Positions 38,351-49,792 of a stretch of 64,000 bases of DNA are shown piece after piece (the stretch's first letter is position 1; each line of letters begins with the position of its first letter). The DNA comes from Guillardia theta CCMP2712. Lineage: Eukaryota > Protista > Cryptophyta. The stretch lies in NCBI RefSeq assembly GCF_000315625.1, contig NW_005434576.1, positions 124,001 to 188,000 on the forward strand, in the 5' to 3' direction. A program made the position numbers and the translations under genes. The notes beneath the pieces are model-generated. The model saw only the letters and a list, made by a program, of their open reading frames with translations, was not told where the DNA came from and made no database searches.

Positions 38351-39949
38351 TTAAGAAAACGACGGAATATCAGCATCTCGTTGGTGGTGTATCTCTTGGG
38401 TAAACTTTGATGATCTGATATGATAGAAATGTGAGACAAGTGAAAAGAAAAACAAGAAAAAAGACGAGAAGAGAAGAAATACAGAAAGGAGAAGAGAAGA
38501 GAAGAAATACAGAAAGGAAAATTCAGAGAACAACATGAAGAGAAAGCAATTCAACAACAACATTAGTATTGTACCTGCCGAGTCGAAGCTGGGGTAGATG
38601 TCGCTTTCGCGCATGAAGCCTTCGGAGCCAAAGCTCCTCTCGAGCCAGTCTTCACCCGCATGTTGGTGTTTCACTTTCTTCACCTTCTTGGCGGGAGACG
38701 AGGACGCAGATCGCAGCTCGGACGTCCTCTTGTCGAAATCCTCAAGAAAGCTCCTCGTCTTGTCCAAGATCATGTCAACGTCCTGATACCGAGGGGACAA
38801 GACCACAGCTTCCTTGCGTGACGACGCTGATCCTCGAGCTTCGGTCAGCATGTCAACCTGAACAGACTTGTGCTCTACGATCCCGCACGTCTCCTTATAC
38901 TCCCCGATCCTCTCGAGGTCCACAAAGTCGAAGGCGTTGTTGAGGCAGGCCAGCGTCTCCTCCAGCGCCCTCAAGCTCCTGCCGAACTTGTCGCTCATGG
39001 AGCCCAGGGCTCGAGCCGCTTCCTCCCTCTCGACGCTCAGGCGCTGGTTGTGCTGCTGGGAGGCGACGAGCTGCTGGGAGAGAGAGCGGTTCTCGTTGAG
39101 GAGGAACGCGATGATCTTGTCAGCGCTGACCTTGAGCTCTCCGACGGCTCTCGCAGCATCGGCTTCCTCCTTAGACACACGAGCAGCGTCGGACGGAAGC
39201 GGCTGCTCCCCGACGTTGGCAAAGGCCTCGAGGTCAATGAAGGAGCGCGGTGAAACCTCGAAGCTTGCTCCTCCCACCTCGTCTCCACTGATGCTCAGGT
39301 CTGATCCTTGCGACGCTTCCCTGCCCTGTGGACCATGACCCTCCGTCCCTCCTCGACCTCTGCGGTCACGCGCGTCTGTCTCCTCTTCTCCTCTCCTCCT
39401 CTGGTCTTCGTCGTGTACGTATCTCCCTGCATGCAGCTGCGTTGCTGTCATGGACTCTGTCCCATGCTCGTTGAATGCTTCCTGGCGGGCCTCTCGCCTT
39501 CCTGCCTGAGGCTCCCACCCTCTTACGCCAGCCTCCTCCTCCACCCGCCGCTTGTGCTGTGTGGCCCCCTCCTTCCTTCCTTCCCCTCGACCTCCTCGGG
39601 ATGTTCCGTTCGTCAGCATTCCTGTGCTGTTCTGCCTCCCTCGCTCACTCCGTCTCCATGCCACCAGCTCTTCATCACAGCAAGGTTGCTTCCTCACCAT
39701 CGTTCTCCTCCTTTCCTCTTCTCTCATCTCCATTCTACTCATGTCCTCTTGATGCCTGATACTCGTTTCCATGTTCCTCTCGATCTCTCGCCTCGCTTGC
39801 CTTCTCCTGTCCTCCTCCCTCCGGTCAAAGTAAGGTGCGTCGATCAACCTCCTCTCATCACTCCGTCCTCTCCCTGCCCTTCCTCCTCGCTCTACTTCCT
39901 CTCTTCTGTTCTTGTCCTCTACCGCGATGGTAACAAGTAACGCGACCAT
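38351..39949 (-). CDS. Hypothetical charged/coiled-coil protein
   Basis: Long ORF with R/E-rich N-half and heptad-like LLNENRSLSQQLVASQQHNQRLSVEREEAARALG; probable intron ~38418-38573. Confidence 0.55.
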   Translation of the reverse strand: MVALLVTIAVEDKNRREEVERGGRAGRGRSDERRLIDAPYFDRREEDRRRQARREIERNMETSIRHQEDMSRMEMREEERRRTMVRKQPCCDEELVAWRRSERGRQNSTGMLTNGTSRGGRGEGRKEGATQHKRRVEEEAGVRGWEPQAGRREARQEAFNEHGTESMTATQLHAGRYVHDEDQRRRGEEETDARDRRGRGGTEGHGPQGREASQGSDLSISGDEVGGASFEVSPRSFIDLEAFANVGEQPLPSDAARVSKEEADAARAVGELKVSADKIIAFLLNENRSLSQQLVASQQHNQRLSVEREEAARALGSMSDKFGRSLRALEETLACLNNAFDFVDLERIGEYKETCGIVEHKSVQVDMLTEARGSASSRKEAVVLSPRYQDVDMILDKTRSFLEDFDKRTSELRSASSSPAKKVKKVKHQHAGEDWLERSFGSEGFMRESDIYPSFDSAGTILMLLLNCFLFMLFSEFSFLYFFSSLLLSVFLLFSSFFLFFFSLVSHFYHIRSSKFTQEIHHQRDADIPSFS

Positions 39950-40559
39950 GGCGACCCTGCTTGTACCCCCGTACCTCTTTGTGTATGGTAGTACCCCTCC
40001 AGTATACCAACTATGATGACATACCCTCTTCTGATACACTATTGGACAAACAAAGGTACCGGTACTTTAGTAGCTTGAAACCCGTGACCCACCCTTGTCT
40101 TCAACCCACCCCCGGGAACCCCACAATGTAACCGCCATGGACACTCTTAATGTTGTACATCGATAGCATCACAAGTTTGATAGGTGAAATCACGAATGGA
40201 GGACGGGAGAAGGAGGAGGGGAGAGAAGGGGAGGAAGACGAGGAGAGAGCGAAGAGAAGGAAGACGATACAGTGCTGAAGGTAATCAGAAAACATGGAGG
40301 AAGGGCTGTCACTAGTTTGCTATGCTGTTGCTGGCATGTAGAGTCAAGTCCAACTGTGTTGTCCATATGGCAAGGGATGTGGCGTAGCGATATAGCGCGG
40401 GATGCGAACAATGTGCAAGCAGACTGCAGTTCAAAACGATGTATTTAAACTTGTGTAAGTGCGGTGGAGAAAACAAAATCTCACAGAAACCAACATTACA
40501 ACAAGCTCCACCGTCGTTTTGCAACCATTTCACGCATGCTTTATATCATCTACAAATGA

Positions 40560-41708
40560 TTACTCGACTTTCTTCCTAAATGAGCAACCCTCCATAAGAC
40601 GTGCCTTTCCGCCAGTAGGCTGACACAAAACCTGATTGCAATTTCCGCACAAAACCACAGACTGAGCATGGCTGAATACAGTGGTACTGCAGAGGAGACA
40701 TGTCAATGACCGACAATGCACTACTGAGAGGATCTCACATGTTAAAGCATCCCGGACACTTCACATCCATGAAAAAGCTGTTAGGAGTTGGTACAAGCCT
40801 CTTGAGCTTGTGTTTACGCTTCTCGGCAGCTGGATTAGGGTGAAGCAGATCGTCCTCAATCTGTTACCGAACGAGTCAGTTGACTGTTGAAATACCACAA
40901 GCACAGCTGGGATTTGTGAGAGCAAGACAAGATACATCCGCAAGTGACCAAAAGAAGCAAAGAAAAATAGACATGACAGCCATAACATGCCAATGATCAA
41001 TATCTCCTTCAGCTGCTGTCTGAAAAAAATCTCCACAACAAACATAACGAAGTTTCAAGAAGCCCCTTCATTGACAACATCCGATCCTAAATATGGGATC
41101 TGTCCTCTTCCAACACGACACAAAGAACATGAAAGAATATCATATTAATTATCGTCTATATACGACTCACTTACACACAGACTTTCAAGTGATCAAACTG
41201 ACGTTAATCAAAACCAAGACAGCCTTTCACACCTCAACACTGGCTGTTCACAGAACCAATCAAATCAGCCATGATTTGTCTTCCGTGCACAGGAGAAAAA
41301 AGAATTGAGCAAAAACAAGTCAATCCTTTGATCTCCGTAATGCTCCCCACTGGTACTGGACAAGTACAATGACACGTAATCATGTCGATTTCATTGCTCA
41401 CAAATTGATCTTCACAGGACAGAATTTGCACAGGAAGCACATTAGCTGTGAGCTACACATATTGAAACTTCACAGGATATGAAAGTTAAGTAACATGAAG
41501 CCACGACACTTGAAAAAAACCCTGTGTCAAGCACATTTTCCTGCTGCAACTCAAAATAGCTCGAGTGTCAACATCTGCTGTTTGAAACAAGCTCTCAACC
41601 TCAAACAAACACACAAATCTGACAACACAGGTTCAAATGTTTCAGAGAACAATCAGCATTCATCAGGGCTGGTCTTATCATGGCGGCGGCGTCTCTTACA
41701 TACGGCAT
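40560..41708 (-). CDS. RPS27: 40S ribosomal protein S27 (eS27); exons 41708-41700, 40860-40739, 40686-40560
   Basis: Spliced product [85 protein letters not shown], with GT-AG boundaries and the Cys4 zinc ribbon. Confidence 0.95.
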
Positions 41709-42169
41709 GGCGGCAGGCTGCTTGGCTGCGAGGCTGCTCTCCTGCTCCTCGTGCTCTGAAAAAAAAGAAACACTACCCCTCACCCCCCTCACATCCTTAC
41801 ACTACCCTACCTTTTCGTCTCCCCACCCCTCCTAATCCCTCCATAGACCCCACCGTTTTCATGACCCACCCTGATTATTCGTTGTCCACGATCACCCACC
41901 TCTAGTTTCACCATAGAACTGGAGTACCCCACCATAAATAGTCAAATTCACCACCCCCTCTATCTGGACCAATGGACCAACCACTGTAGACAATTCGTTA
42001 CCACCCCACCTATTTTTCTTACCTACCTACCCCAATTTGATCACCCTCCTTATTTCAGACCATGACCCTATGGGGTACCACACTCGAGGGGCGAGAAGAA
42101 ACTTCAGTAACTTCTGTCGCCTTGAAAGTTTGACGCCGAACCCCTCCAGCCAAACTTCAAAACTTAATC

Positions 42170-42610
42170 ACAGGCTGGCCAGGCTGTGCGGCCACTGTGG
42201 CGGCCCGCCCCCCCGGCCGGGGGCGGGGGCCGGGCCGCCACGCCGCCGGCTGCGCCGGGTCCGCATCCTCCGTGACTGAATTATTAAACTCGCCGCGCTG
42301 CCAGAGTCACTGTGGCCCACGGCGCTGAGCCTGTTGGGCCGCGCCGCCCGCCCGGTGCTGAGCGGCCCGGCGCCGGGCGGCCCGGGACTGGGATCGGATC
42401 ACCGGCGGCCGGGCCGGCACGGTTCCGGCCCCGCCGCCGGCCCGGGCGGCCGCCCGGTCGCCGCCGCCACTGGCAGGGCCGGCCGGGCCCCGGCCGTACC
42501 GTACGAGTCCGGCACTGCAAGGCCTGAGTCTCACGGTCGCCGACCGTCACCCGGGCCGCGCCGGGCCGCGCCTGGTACCGTACCGTACGCCGCGCGGCCG
42601 GGTACTACGA
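42170..42610. promoter_or_regulatory. Very GC-rich island upstream of RPS27
   Basis: Dense CCGG/GGCC, GTACCGTAC and GAGTCAC motifs; no credible coding signal. Confidence 0.4.
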
Positions 42611-43119
42611 TACCCTCCATCATTGTGAACTTCGGAACTTGGAACTTTGCCAAGTTGAGCCTGCCGGCTCTAGGGCACGTACGGAGGAGTCGCAAGGAGA
42701 AAGGGTGGGGTAGTTCTGAGGGCAAATGGAGGGGAGGTACTGGATCATTCACAGATGCCATTCCAGGTAAAGTGAAACGGTGAGTGTTGATGATCCACGG
42801 ATCTGTTGAGGCCATCTGTTATCCAAAAGACTTGTTTTCAACTACAAAGGGGTGATCTATAATTTAACTGTATCTGAGGAGGCGAAGATATCACTCCAAA
42901 AGAGTTGATTTCGGTAATCGGCGGACGATCCCTCCGTGAGTCTCGAAGGACTCTCTACAACACCAGGAGTTTTTAATTCCGTCGTCTCCCGTGTTGCCTC
43001 ATCGACGTTCTCCTCCTCAAACCCACACGCGCGCTTACTAATTACAAACCTTATCGCTATCCAGACCCCATTGAAATTCTCTTTCTTTCCTTCCCTGATT
43101 GCTCATTTGGCTTCTTTCT

Positions 43120-44159
43120 CACTCAACTATATCCCTTGACCGTCTTCGATTGGAATTTGCTACATACATCTCAGTTTTCACATCCAAGCATCCATGCAGC
43201 TCTCCGAAGAAGATTCTATTTTCAGTCCCAGCAACTCCGACTGCGAATCCTTACCAAACCGTCAAATACTTTGCGCTGATATCAGGGTTCCGTCGTTTAA
43301 TATGAAGAAAGCCCAAAGTGCTCAGAACTTCACCAATTTGAAGGAAAGTGTACAGAAACTCAGCAATTTGGAAGAAATGGATCAGAACTTACTAGACAAG
43401 TTGTTAAATATTTGGTAGTCCAAAATAAATAGATTCCAAGAATATGATCGATGTCCCTGATGCACCAATGTGCCCGAGCGCCATCGATTTTTTTTTCATT
43501 TCAATCATTGTTCATTGATTCCGAGGTGTGTTACAATCAAACCCGACCCTTGCTATAACACGCACACATGTCCGTATCTTCTCTTGTAAAACAAAAATAT
43601 AGACTTGTGGAGGGCTTCTTTTCGGGTTCTCTTTACCTTGACAATCATTTTCTTTGTCTAACGGTCTTGTTTTATTGCGGAGTTGCAGTAGTTTCCCCTG
43701 CATAATGGTCTCCTCCAACTATGCCCATGATCACTTTCGATTTCATCACTCTGTCCTGTGCAATTTTATTTGTCCTCTCTGATGTTCTAAGAGAACAATG
43801 ATGCTGTGATCAGGGTTTACACCACGGAAAGGTATATTTTGCAAAATTCATTTGTACACAATATATCACAAGGTAGAGTTAATTACAGCTAGTTTTACAT
43901 CACCAAAGATTGAGATATTTGGCAAGCTCTGGAGTAACATTTCCATCGAAGTGGATGGTATCATGTGGTCCACTTGCACAAAATTCCTTCTCCCACAACG
44001 TACGGAGGTAGTTGAAACGAATGCTGGTTTCAACAAAATCCTTCTCTGATTTAGCATTTGTGTTGCTGAGTGTAAGCTCTCGGACTTGATCAACGAGCCC
44101 AAGGGAATGATCTGAATTGTTTGGTGTAACCCAGTGACAGGAGCACTTCTCATCGGCCA
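43120..44159 (-). CDS. Probable multi-exon hypothetical protein
   Basis: MADEKCSCHWVTPNN...LAKYLNLW exon followed by short GT-AG-separated open segments; no recognisable family. Confidence 0.3.
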
Positions 44160-46729
44160 TTTGATCGCTTGAACTGTATGAGGGCATGTTGGTTCAAATT
44201 CAAAGAGGAGCGAATAAGAAGACAGTGGAAGAGAACGGTATCAAGTGCTATAAGGTCGACGAATGCAAGGAAGGATAGCGCTAGAGCGGGGAGGAGGATC
44301 AGGGCGTGGGAGGGTGTGGCTGGGTGTAAGGTGCTGAGATGCTGCGGGAGGGTTGTGTTTGAAACTTCAAGAACGAGAAGGTTGGGAAAGCAGGGGAATC
44401 ATGGCCCGTCATGCCCGGGGAAGTCAAAAGAAGTGCTTTCAGATTTCGAAAGATCCAGAAGTCCTCGAAACGACCCGTTTCTGAAGGATCCCCGGCCCCT
44501 GCAGTACAATTTCTTTACTCAAAGGGCCGCACCCCAACCCCCGGACCGTGCTCCTCCGAGTCGCTCCGAAGGGTGAAAGTAACGTTTATGTAACGTTTCG
44601 TCCCCTTCTCGCTTCCACGAGGGTCAACGTCAAGGGAGGGGTAGTTGAAGATAGGAAAAGGGGGGTGATCCTCGAAATTCACCAGCAGCAAACGAGAACC
44701 ATAGGGGTACTAAATGCAAGAGGGGGTACCTACCTGGGTGTTCGATCACCATCACAATTCTCGTTCAAATTGGGGGTAAAGGGTGGTATTACTCGAAATA
44801 TCGACACTCAGATGGGGTTATCATCCCAAGGGGTAGTGGATCGATGGGGGTGGGGTAGGTATGACTGGATTTTGGAGGGGTTGGCCTGAAGCCGCACGCA
44901 GGAGAGGCCGCAGAGGAGATGATGGATCACCCTACCCCGTCTTTGGTATTCATGCAGTACTACCCCCTTCCACCAATACCCCCGTACAAAAAGCCTCAAT
45001 TGACATCAGATGGCTACCTATGGATACCTCAAAGATAACTCTATTCAGCCATTAATCAAAAAGGGGTAAGAGAGGACCATTGGACTGATATTGGACCTTC
45101 TTCACTACTTCCTTTGGTCTTGGGTCCCACCCCCATCGATTGGAACCAGAGAAGCCAACATTTCACCGACCCTGGTGGTCCTACTGATGATTTTCTTTAA
45201 GTTTTTCAATATGAAATTTACGCATAGAGGATACCTGGATGCTTGCTCTGAGGCCTCAAGGTAGGGGTGAGCACCCCTACCCCACCTCAGAGGGCCAAGG
45301 CATTACCCGTACAACTCTAAACAGGTCCATTCCTTTGCACCCCACCCTCAATATCACCACCCTGGGATACTTTCATGTGTACCCAAACACCACCTCCCTT
45401 ATTCATTGGATATGTCTGAAGGATATTGTGGGGCATACCTGAAATTTTTATCGATTACTATATTATCTGAAATGAAGTATGGTCGTTACATAACAACATA
45501 AACTCCTCAACCTGTTAAAGGAGGGGTATCCAAATAACCCTACCCCGACGGATATACAACTTGCTTTGCACTACCCTTTCACTTGGACATTGGAATGATC
45601 CACCACCCCACGTGGAAAGCACCCCCACCCCCTGTCTACGAGACAGTCCTCGCCTCGGGCACCCCTCCCTCCCCCACGAGCAGGAGACGAGGAAGACAAG
45701 GCGAACGAGCGGCTAGTTCCAAGCGACAGAAGAACAGAGAACAGAGCAGAGCAGAGCAGCAGGATACATCTGTACCTGTGAGTTGGTTCGTAGACACACA
45801 GCTAGATACTTTCCTTGCTCAGCTTGGTTGTTCAAGGGAAGTGAAAGCGCAGAGCGTGTGAGGTATAGCAGGTAGTGGGGCAAGGTGAGTTGCAGCTCGA
45901 TACATCGTTGTATAGTGGCGATACAAACGGAAAGATAATTAATTCGACGAGTCTTTGGTGATTGAAACAAGCAGCTCTCGGTGTGCCTGGACGGTGTATA
46001 GGAATTGCTGGTTGGGAAGATTGCGAAATCGGAATTGGTATCAAAGCATGAGGTAGGATAAGGGCGTCTGTGCGCAATCTGGGATAATTCAAGGACATCG
46101 AGCAAAGCTTCAACAGTTTGCTTTCATTCAATTTTGGATATAACTTTTTGGTATTCATTGTGGATTTACGGCACGGTAATTGCGTCAAAAGTTTGAATTT
46201 AGTCCCTCTTTTCTCGAGTCCCCTTTCAGCCTTATTCTGGCACGGTGTCAGACTTGCTTGCACTTGGATTTGGTCTCAGCGGAGTTTCAATGATGTTGAG
46301 CTGATTCAGAACTGGGACTGCAGTCTATAACTTCTTCCCTTACTTGTTTTCCTCTTTGTGTAATTCTGCTGCATTTCAATTTTATTCTTTGACAAGACAC
46401 CCCGTTCTTCTTCTACTACTTATTGTCTCTCACCATCTTGCGCGTTCTTAAACTCTACTGAAATCTTGGTTCTTACCCTCTTCCAAATCATCGGATCAAT
46501 CCAGTTCTGTGGCTCCCACCAAAACTCTCACTCGGCCCTCTGAAACAAGTTTACTTCGATACCCTCTGTTGGAACAAAGTTGACTGGCATTGGAGGCACC
46601 GTTGGAATTTTGTTTTGCTGTAAGTCCTCTCTATTAACCTGCCATCACCGTCCAACCTTTGGGTGTGGGCGGTGCTGGAAGGGGGAGTCGTAAGGCGTGT
46701 TATGCCACGACTGCCATTGTTGCCTTTCC

Positions 46730-47785
46730 ATGGACGGTGTTAATCTCAAATCTGGCTGGCTGAATGCAGGTCGAACTGCAAATAGCAACATCACAGCTCC
46801 TCCGATCGAATCAATCTACAAGAACAATGACTTCTCGAACGGATCTAGCGAAGGAATTCTCAGCTCGGCTGGTTCCAACGGAGTCTCTCGTAATACAAGT
46901 TCTTCCAAGGGCATCATAGGGCCACGACCGATCATGGGCAGCATGCCATGGCCGGCAGTGAACGGTTCGAGAGGTGGACAGACCACGAATCCTGGCTCGG
47001 GGTCTAGCTGGGGAAATCAGAACAGGGGTCTGTCAGGTTCGCAATCTTCTACACACTCAACTTCGAAGATCTCGGCTACCACAACCTTGCCCATTGCTAA
47101 GACCCTTCAGCCCTTGACCAAGACTACCGCTCCTGCGAGTGGCATCTCAAAGTCATCGTCTACCGGGACTCGCAGCGGAAGTTCGAGCTTGGTCAAGGCC
47201 CCACCAGTTGTTCAACCTGTGGTTCATGTTACGGAGGTGAATGAGGAGTCGAAGCACTCGAAGAAAGAAAGCGACGGCAACAAGCAGATTCGAAAAGAGA
47301 AACTGGAGCAACGCAGAAAGTTTCTCGAAGAACTGAGCAGGCAAGGGACTGGAGCGAAGTCCAAGTCTGAAGACGAGGCTGAACTTCCTCGAAGCGTGGA
47401 ACCTGAAGTGGTAACCTCGCAGGAGGATGTCAAGAAACCTGCCGAGGAAGAGATCACAGAAGCTGTTTTGATAGACAGCAAGGTAGAGGAGGTGTCGCTA
47501 TCCAAGGAAGAATGGAATGCCAAATGGAAGGATATGTATGGCATGTTCGCACGTGGCTCAGAGGATTCTCATCTCATCGACGACGCCGACGAGAACTCTG
47601 ACACCGGGGAAGGAGAGTCTCTCCTTACCGAAGAGGAGATGGCAACGTTTCGGGCTGTTTATGGGTCCAGGATTAGACGCAAGCAGCCCAAAGAATTTTT
47701 GATCCGAAGGAGCAAGGTGGAAGACCAGTTCGACGTCACTGCTGGAGATGACAGCTACTCGACGTCGGATTCTGACGTGAGCTGA
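46730..47785 (+). CDS. Hypothetical intrinsically disordered protein (S/G/T-rich N-half, acidic/basic C-half)
   Basis: Uninterrupted ORF of ~351 aa from ATG 46730 with non-microsatellite composition. Confidence 0.65.
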   Translation: MDGVNLKSGWLNAGRTANSNITAPPIESIYKNNDFSNGSSEGILSSAGSNGVSRNTSSSKGIIGPRPIMGSMPWPAVNGSRGGQTTNPGSGSSWGNQNRGLSGSQSSTHSTSKISATTTLPIAKTLQPLTKTTAPASGISKSSSTGTRSGSSSLVKAPPVVQPVVHVTEVNEESKHSKKESDGNKQIRKEKLEQRRKFLEELSRQGTGAKSKSEDEAELPRSVEPEVVTSQEDVKKPAEEEITEAVLIDSKVEEVSLSKEEWNAKWKDMYGMFARGSEDSHLIDDADENSDTGEGESLLTEEEMATFRAVYGSRIRRKQPKEFLIRRSKVEDQFDVTAGDDSYSTSDSDVS

Positions 47786-48027
47786 AGGGATTAGACCGTA
47801 CGCTCTGTGATCGACCAAAGTTCATGTTTTGAGTTCGTAAGATGTACAGTTTGCGCAGGTGTTGTGGTATACAAAGGGATTTGTCTTGGTTGTCTCCCCA
47901 CCACAGCAAGCTTGTGAGCAGCGAGTATCTCAGTGGGTAAGAGTTTCAACAAGCTTGTCTTGAATGTTAGCCATGCAGTAAAGAATATTCGTTGTGTTGT
48001 GAAGATTAGCGAGAAGCCTTTCAGTTT

Positions 48028-48833
48028 CTACAGCTTCGCATTCTCAGGGAAATAGACAGCCATCTGAACTTCCTTCCTCTGAAACCCACAGCGTTCGTAG
48101 AACTTGACGTTGTCCTGCCAATCCGTCAAAGCTTTCTTCTACCTGTGCCTCTCTCCCTATTTCCCTCCCGCAAGCCAATCCCTCGTTATCTGCTCCTCCT
48201 CCTCCTCGACCTCAACTTCTTATCTCCCTCCTCAATGCCTCTGCTCCTTCTATTCCTCCGTCCTTCTTCCCTCTTCTCACCTCGGAACAGTCGAGGATAA
48301 CCTTGTAGCACCCGACTTTTTTTCCGATGTCTTGCAGCGCAGCCATCAGCCGAGCTCCCACGTTCTTCCCCCGCAGACTAGCATCCACTACCACGTCTTC
48401 GATATGGCCAGCCAGTCCCCCTCCTCTGAGGAACTTGTACTCGGTGAGGAGAGTAGCAGTCGCTACTATCCGACGTTCCTCCGTGTTCTCCACCACCACA
48501 GTGAAGTAGCTTCCGCTGCAGCGCACACCCAGTCAGGCCCGTCCTGCGCTCCACATCCCCCCCATACGCTTCCGTCGATCTCCTCTGCCCTCCTCTGCTC
48601 TCCTCCTCCTTCCTCCCTCCCTTGCAACATCCGCACCTGCTGCGCATCTTGTTGAAGATGTCGTTCCATCTCTCTTTGGGGATCTCAGGAGCTTTGGTGA
48701 GCTGAGCGAGCAGAGGAAGGAAGCTCTTTTCATGATCGGAAGACTCCAGCGCCCTCAAGACAAGCTTGTCTGAAATCTTCGCCATGGTCTCGCTGATCTC
48801 TGGCGACTCGAACTGCTTGATCGCGCCTGACAT
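48028..48833 (-). CDS. GNA1: Glucosamine-6-phosphate N-acetyltransferase (GNAT), three exons
   Basis: LRALESSDHEKSFLPLLAQLT; IVATATLLTEYKFLRGGGLAGHIEDVVVDASLRGKNVG; GCYKVILDCSE/DNVKFYERCGF. Confidence 0.93.
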
Positions 48834-49792
48834 GGTACCTGTAGAGCAAGAGCAAGAAATTCTCAGGATAATGGGAGCGAGTTGCGGGTAGAAGGAGGGC
48901 AGATGCTTAACAAGCGGAAGTAGGTAAGAAAGAAACGGAGGTCAGGGAGTGAGAATACAAATAATCTCATCGTATTGTCAATGACATTGTACTACACTGA
49001 AGTCTGCCTCATCCAACCTACATCCTCCTTTCACGGAATCAATTGGTCCTCTTACATCAAAATACCCGCGGAACTCCGACGCTACTTCTTTCTGCTTCTC
49101 CTTCTCCCTCTGCTTCTCCTCTTTCCATTCATCGTCCTCATCATTGTCGGCAACGATCCCATCCTCCACCTCCTCTCCTCCTTCCCCTCTCCTCGCCTTC
49201 GTCCTTGTCATTGTAACTTTTCAGCGCTGTGGATGAGGAGGTGGGGGTCATGACACCACCCTCCTCAAGAAGTGAAATTTTGTATCAAAGTACCGGTACT
49301 CACAAAAATTTCCAGGGTGGAGAAGTTTGGAGAGTTGCAAGCCAAACCCGCCTCAGGACAACAGTGCGGCGTCCGACAACCCGGTACTGAGTGACTGAGA
49401 CCGGCGGTCACTGACTGAGTCTCGAGTTAGAGGCAGGGCCGGGCCCGTTCCATACAGACGGACAGCCGGGGCCTCACCCGTCGGAAGGCCCCCGGAGTCT
49501 TTTAGGCTCAACGATGTCGCGGGACATGAAACTCAAGGCTCAGATGAATAAACCCACGGTGGTGGGCTTCTTCACTACCGTCGTTGGCTGCTAGGCTATG
49601 TCGCTCAGCACTGACTCAGGCTCCTCCTCCTCCTCCTCCTCTTCCCAGTCCTCCTCCTCCTGTCTGATCTTAGTAGCGTCTCAGTGTCACTGAGCCTTGC
49701 CGCTCGGCGGCTGCTGTTCCCAAACTCGTACTCCGAGCCTACTATCCCACGGCATCCTCCGGGTTTGCTCTCTCCTCCACTCAGCTCCCGCC

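Noticed and set aside
41620-41685. C/D-box snoRNA call in the RPS27 intron
   Set aside because: Box spacing is short and no rRNA-complementary guide could be verified, so it is kept only as a lead.
42284-42815. Overlapping G/P/R/A-rich ORFs
   Set aside because: By-products of extreme GC content with no domain signal.
45713-46700. Possible minus-strand gene
   Set aside because: No consistent spliced frame or recognisable motif could be assembled.
48415-48435. FLRGG in GNA1 (and SLRGG near 30060) as further ubiquitin-tail motifs
   Set aside because: The GNA1 site lies within the conserved enzyme core; the second lacks the full motif and a demonstrable leader.
48028-48833. Functional cluster of GNA1 with the LysM genes (GlcNAc theme)
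   Set aside because: GNA1 is a housekeeping gene separated from them by unrelated genes; no evidence of linkage.
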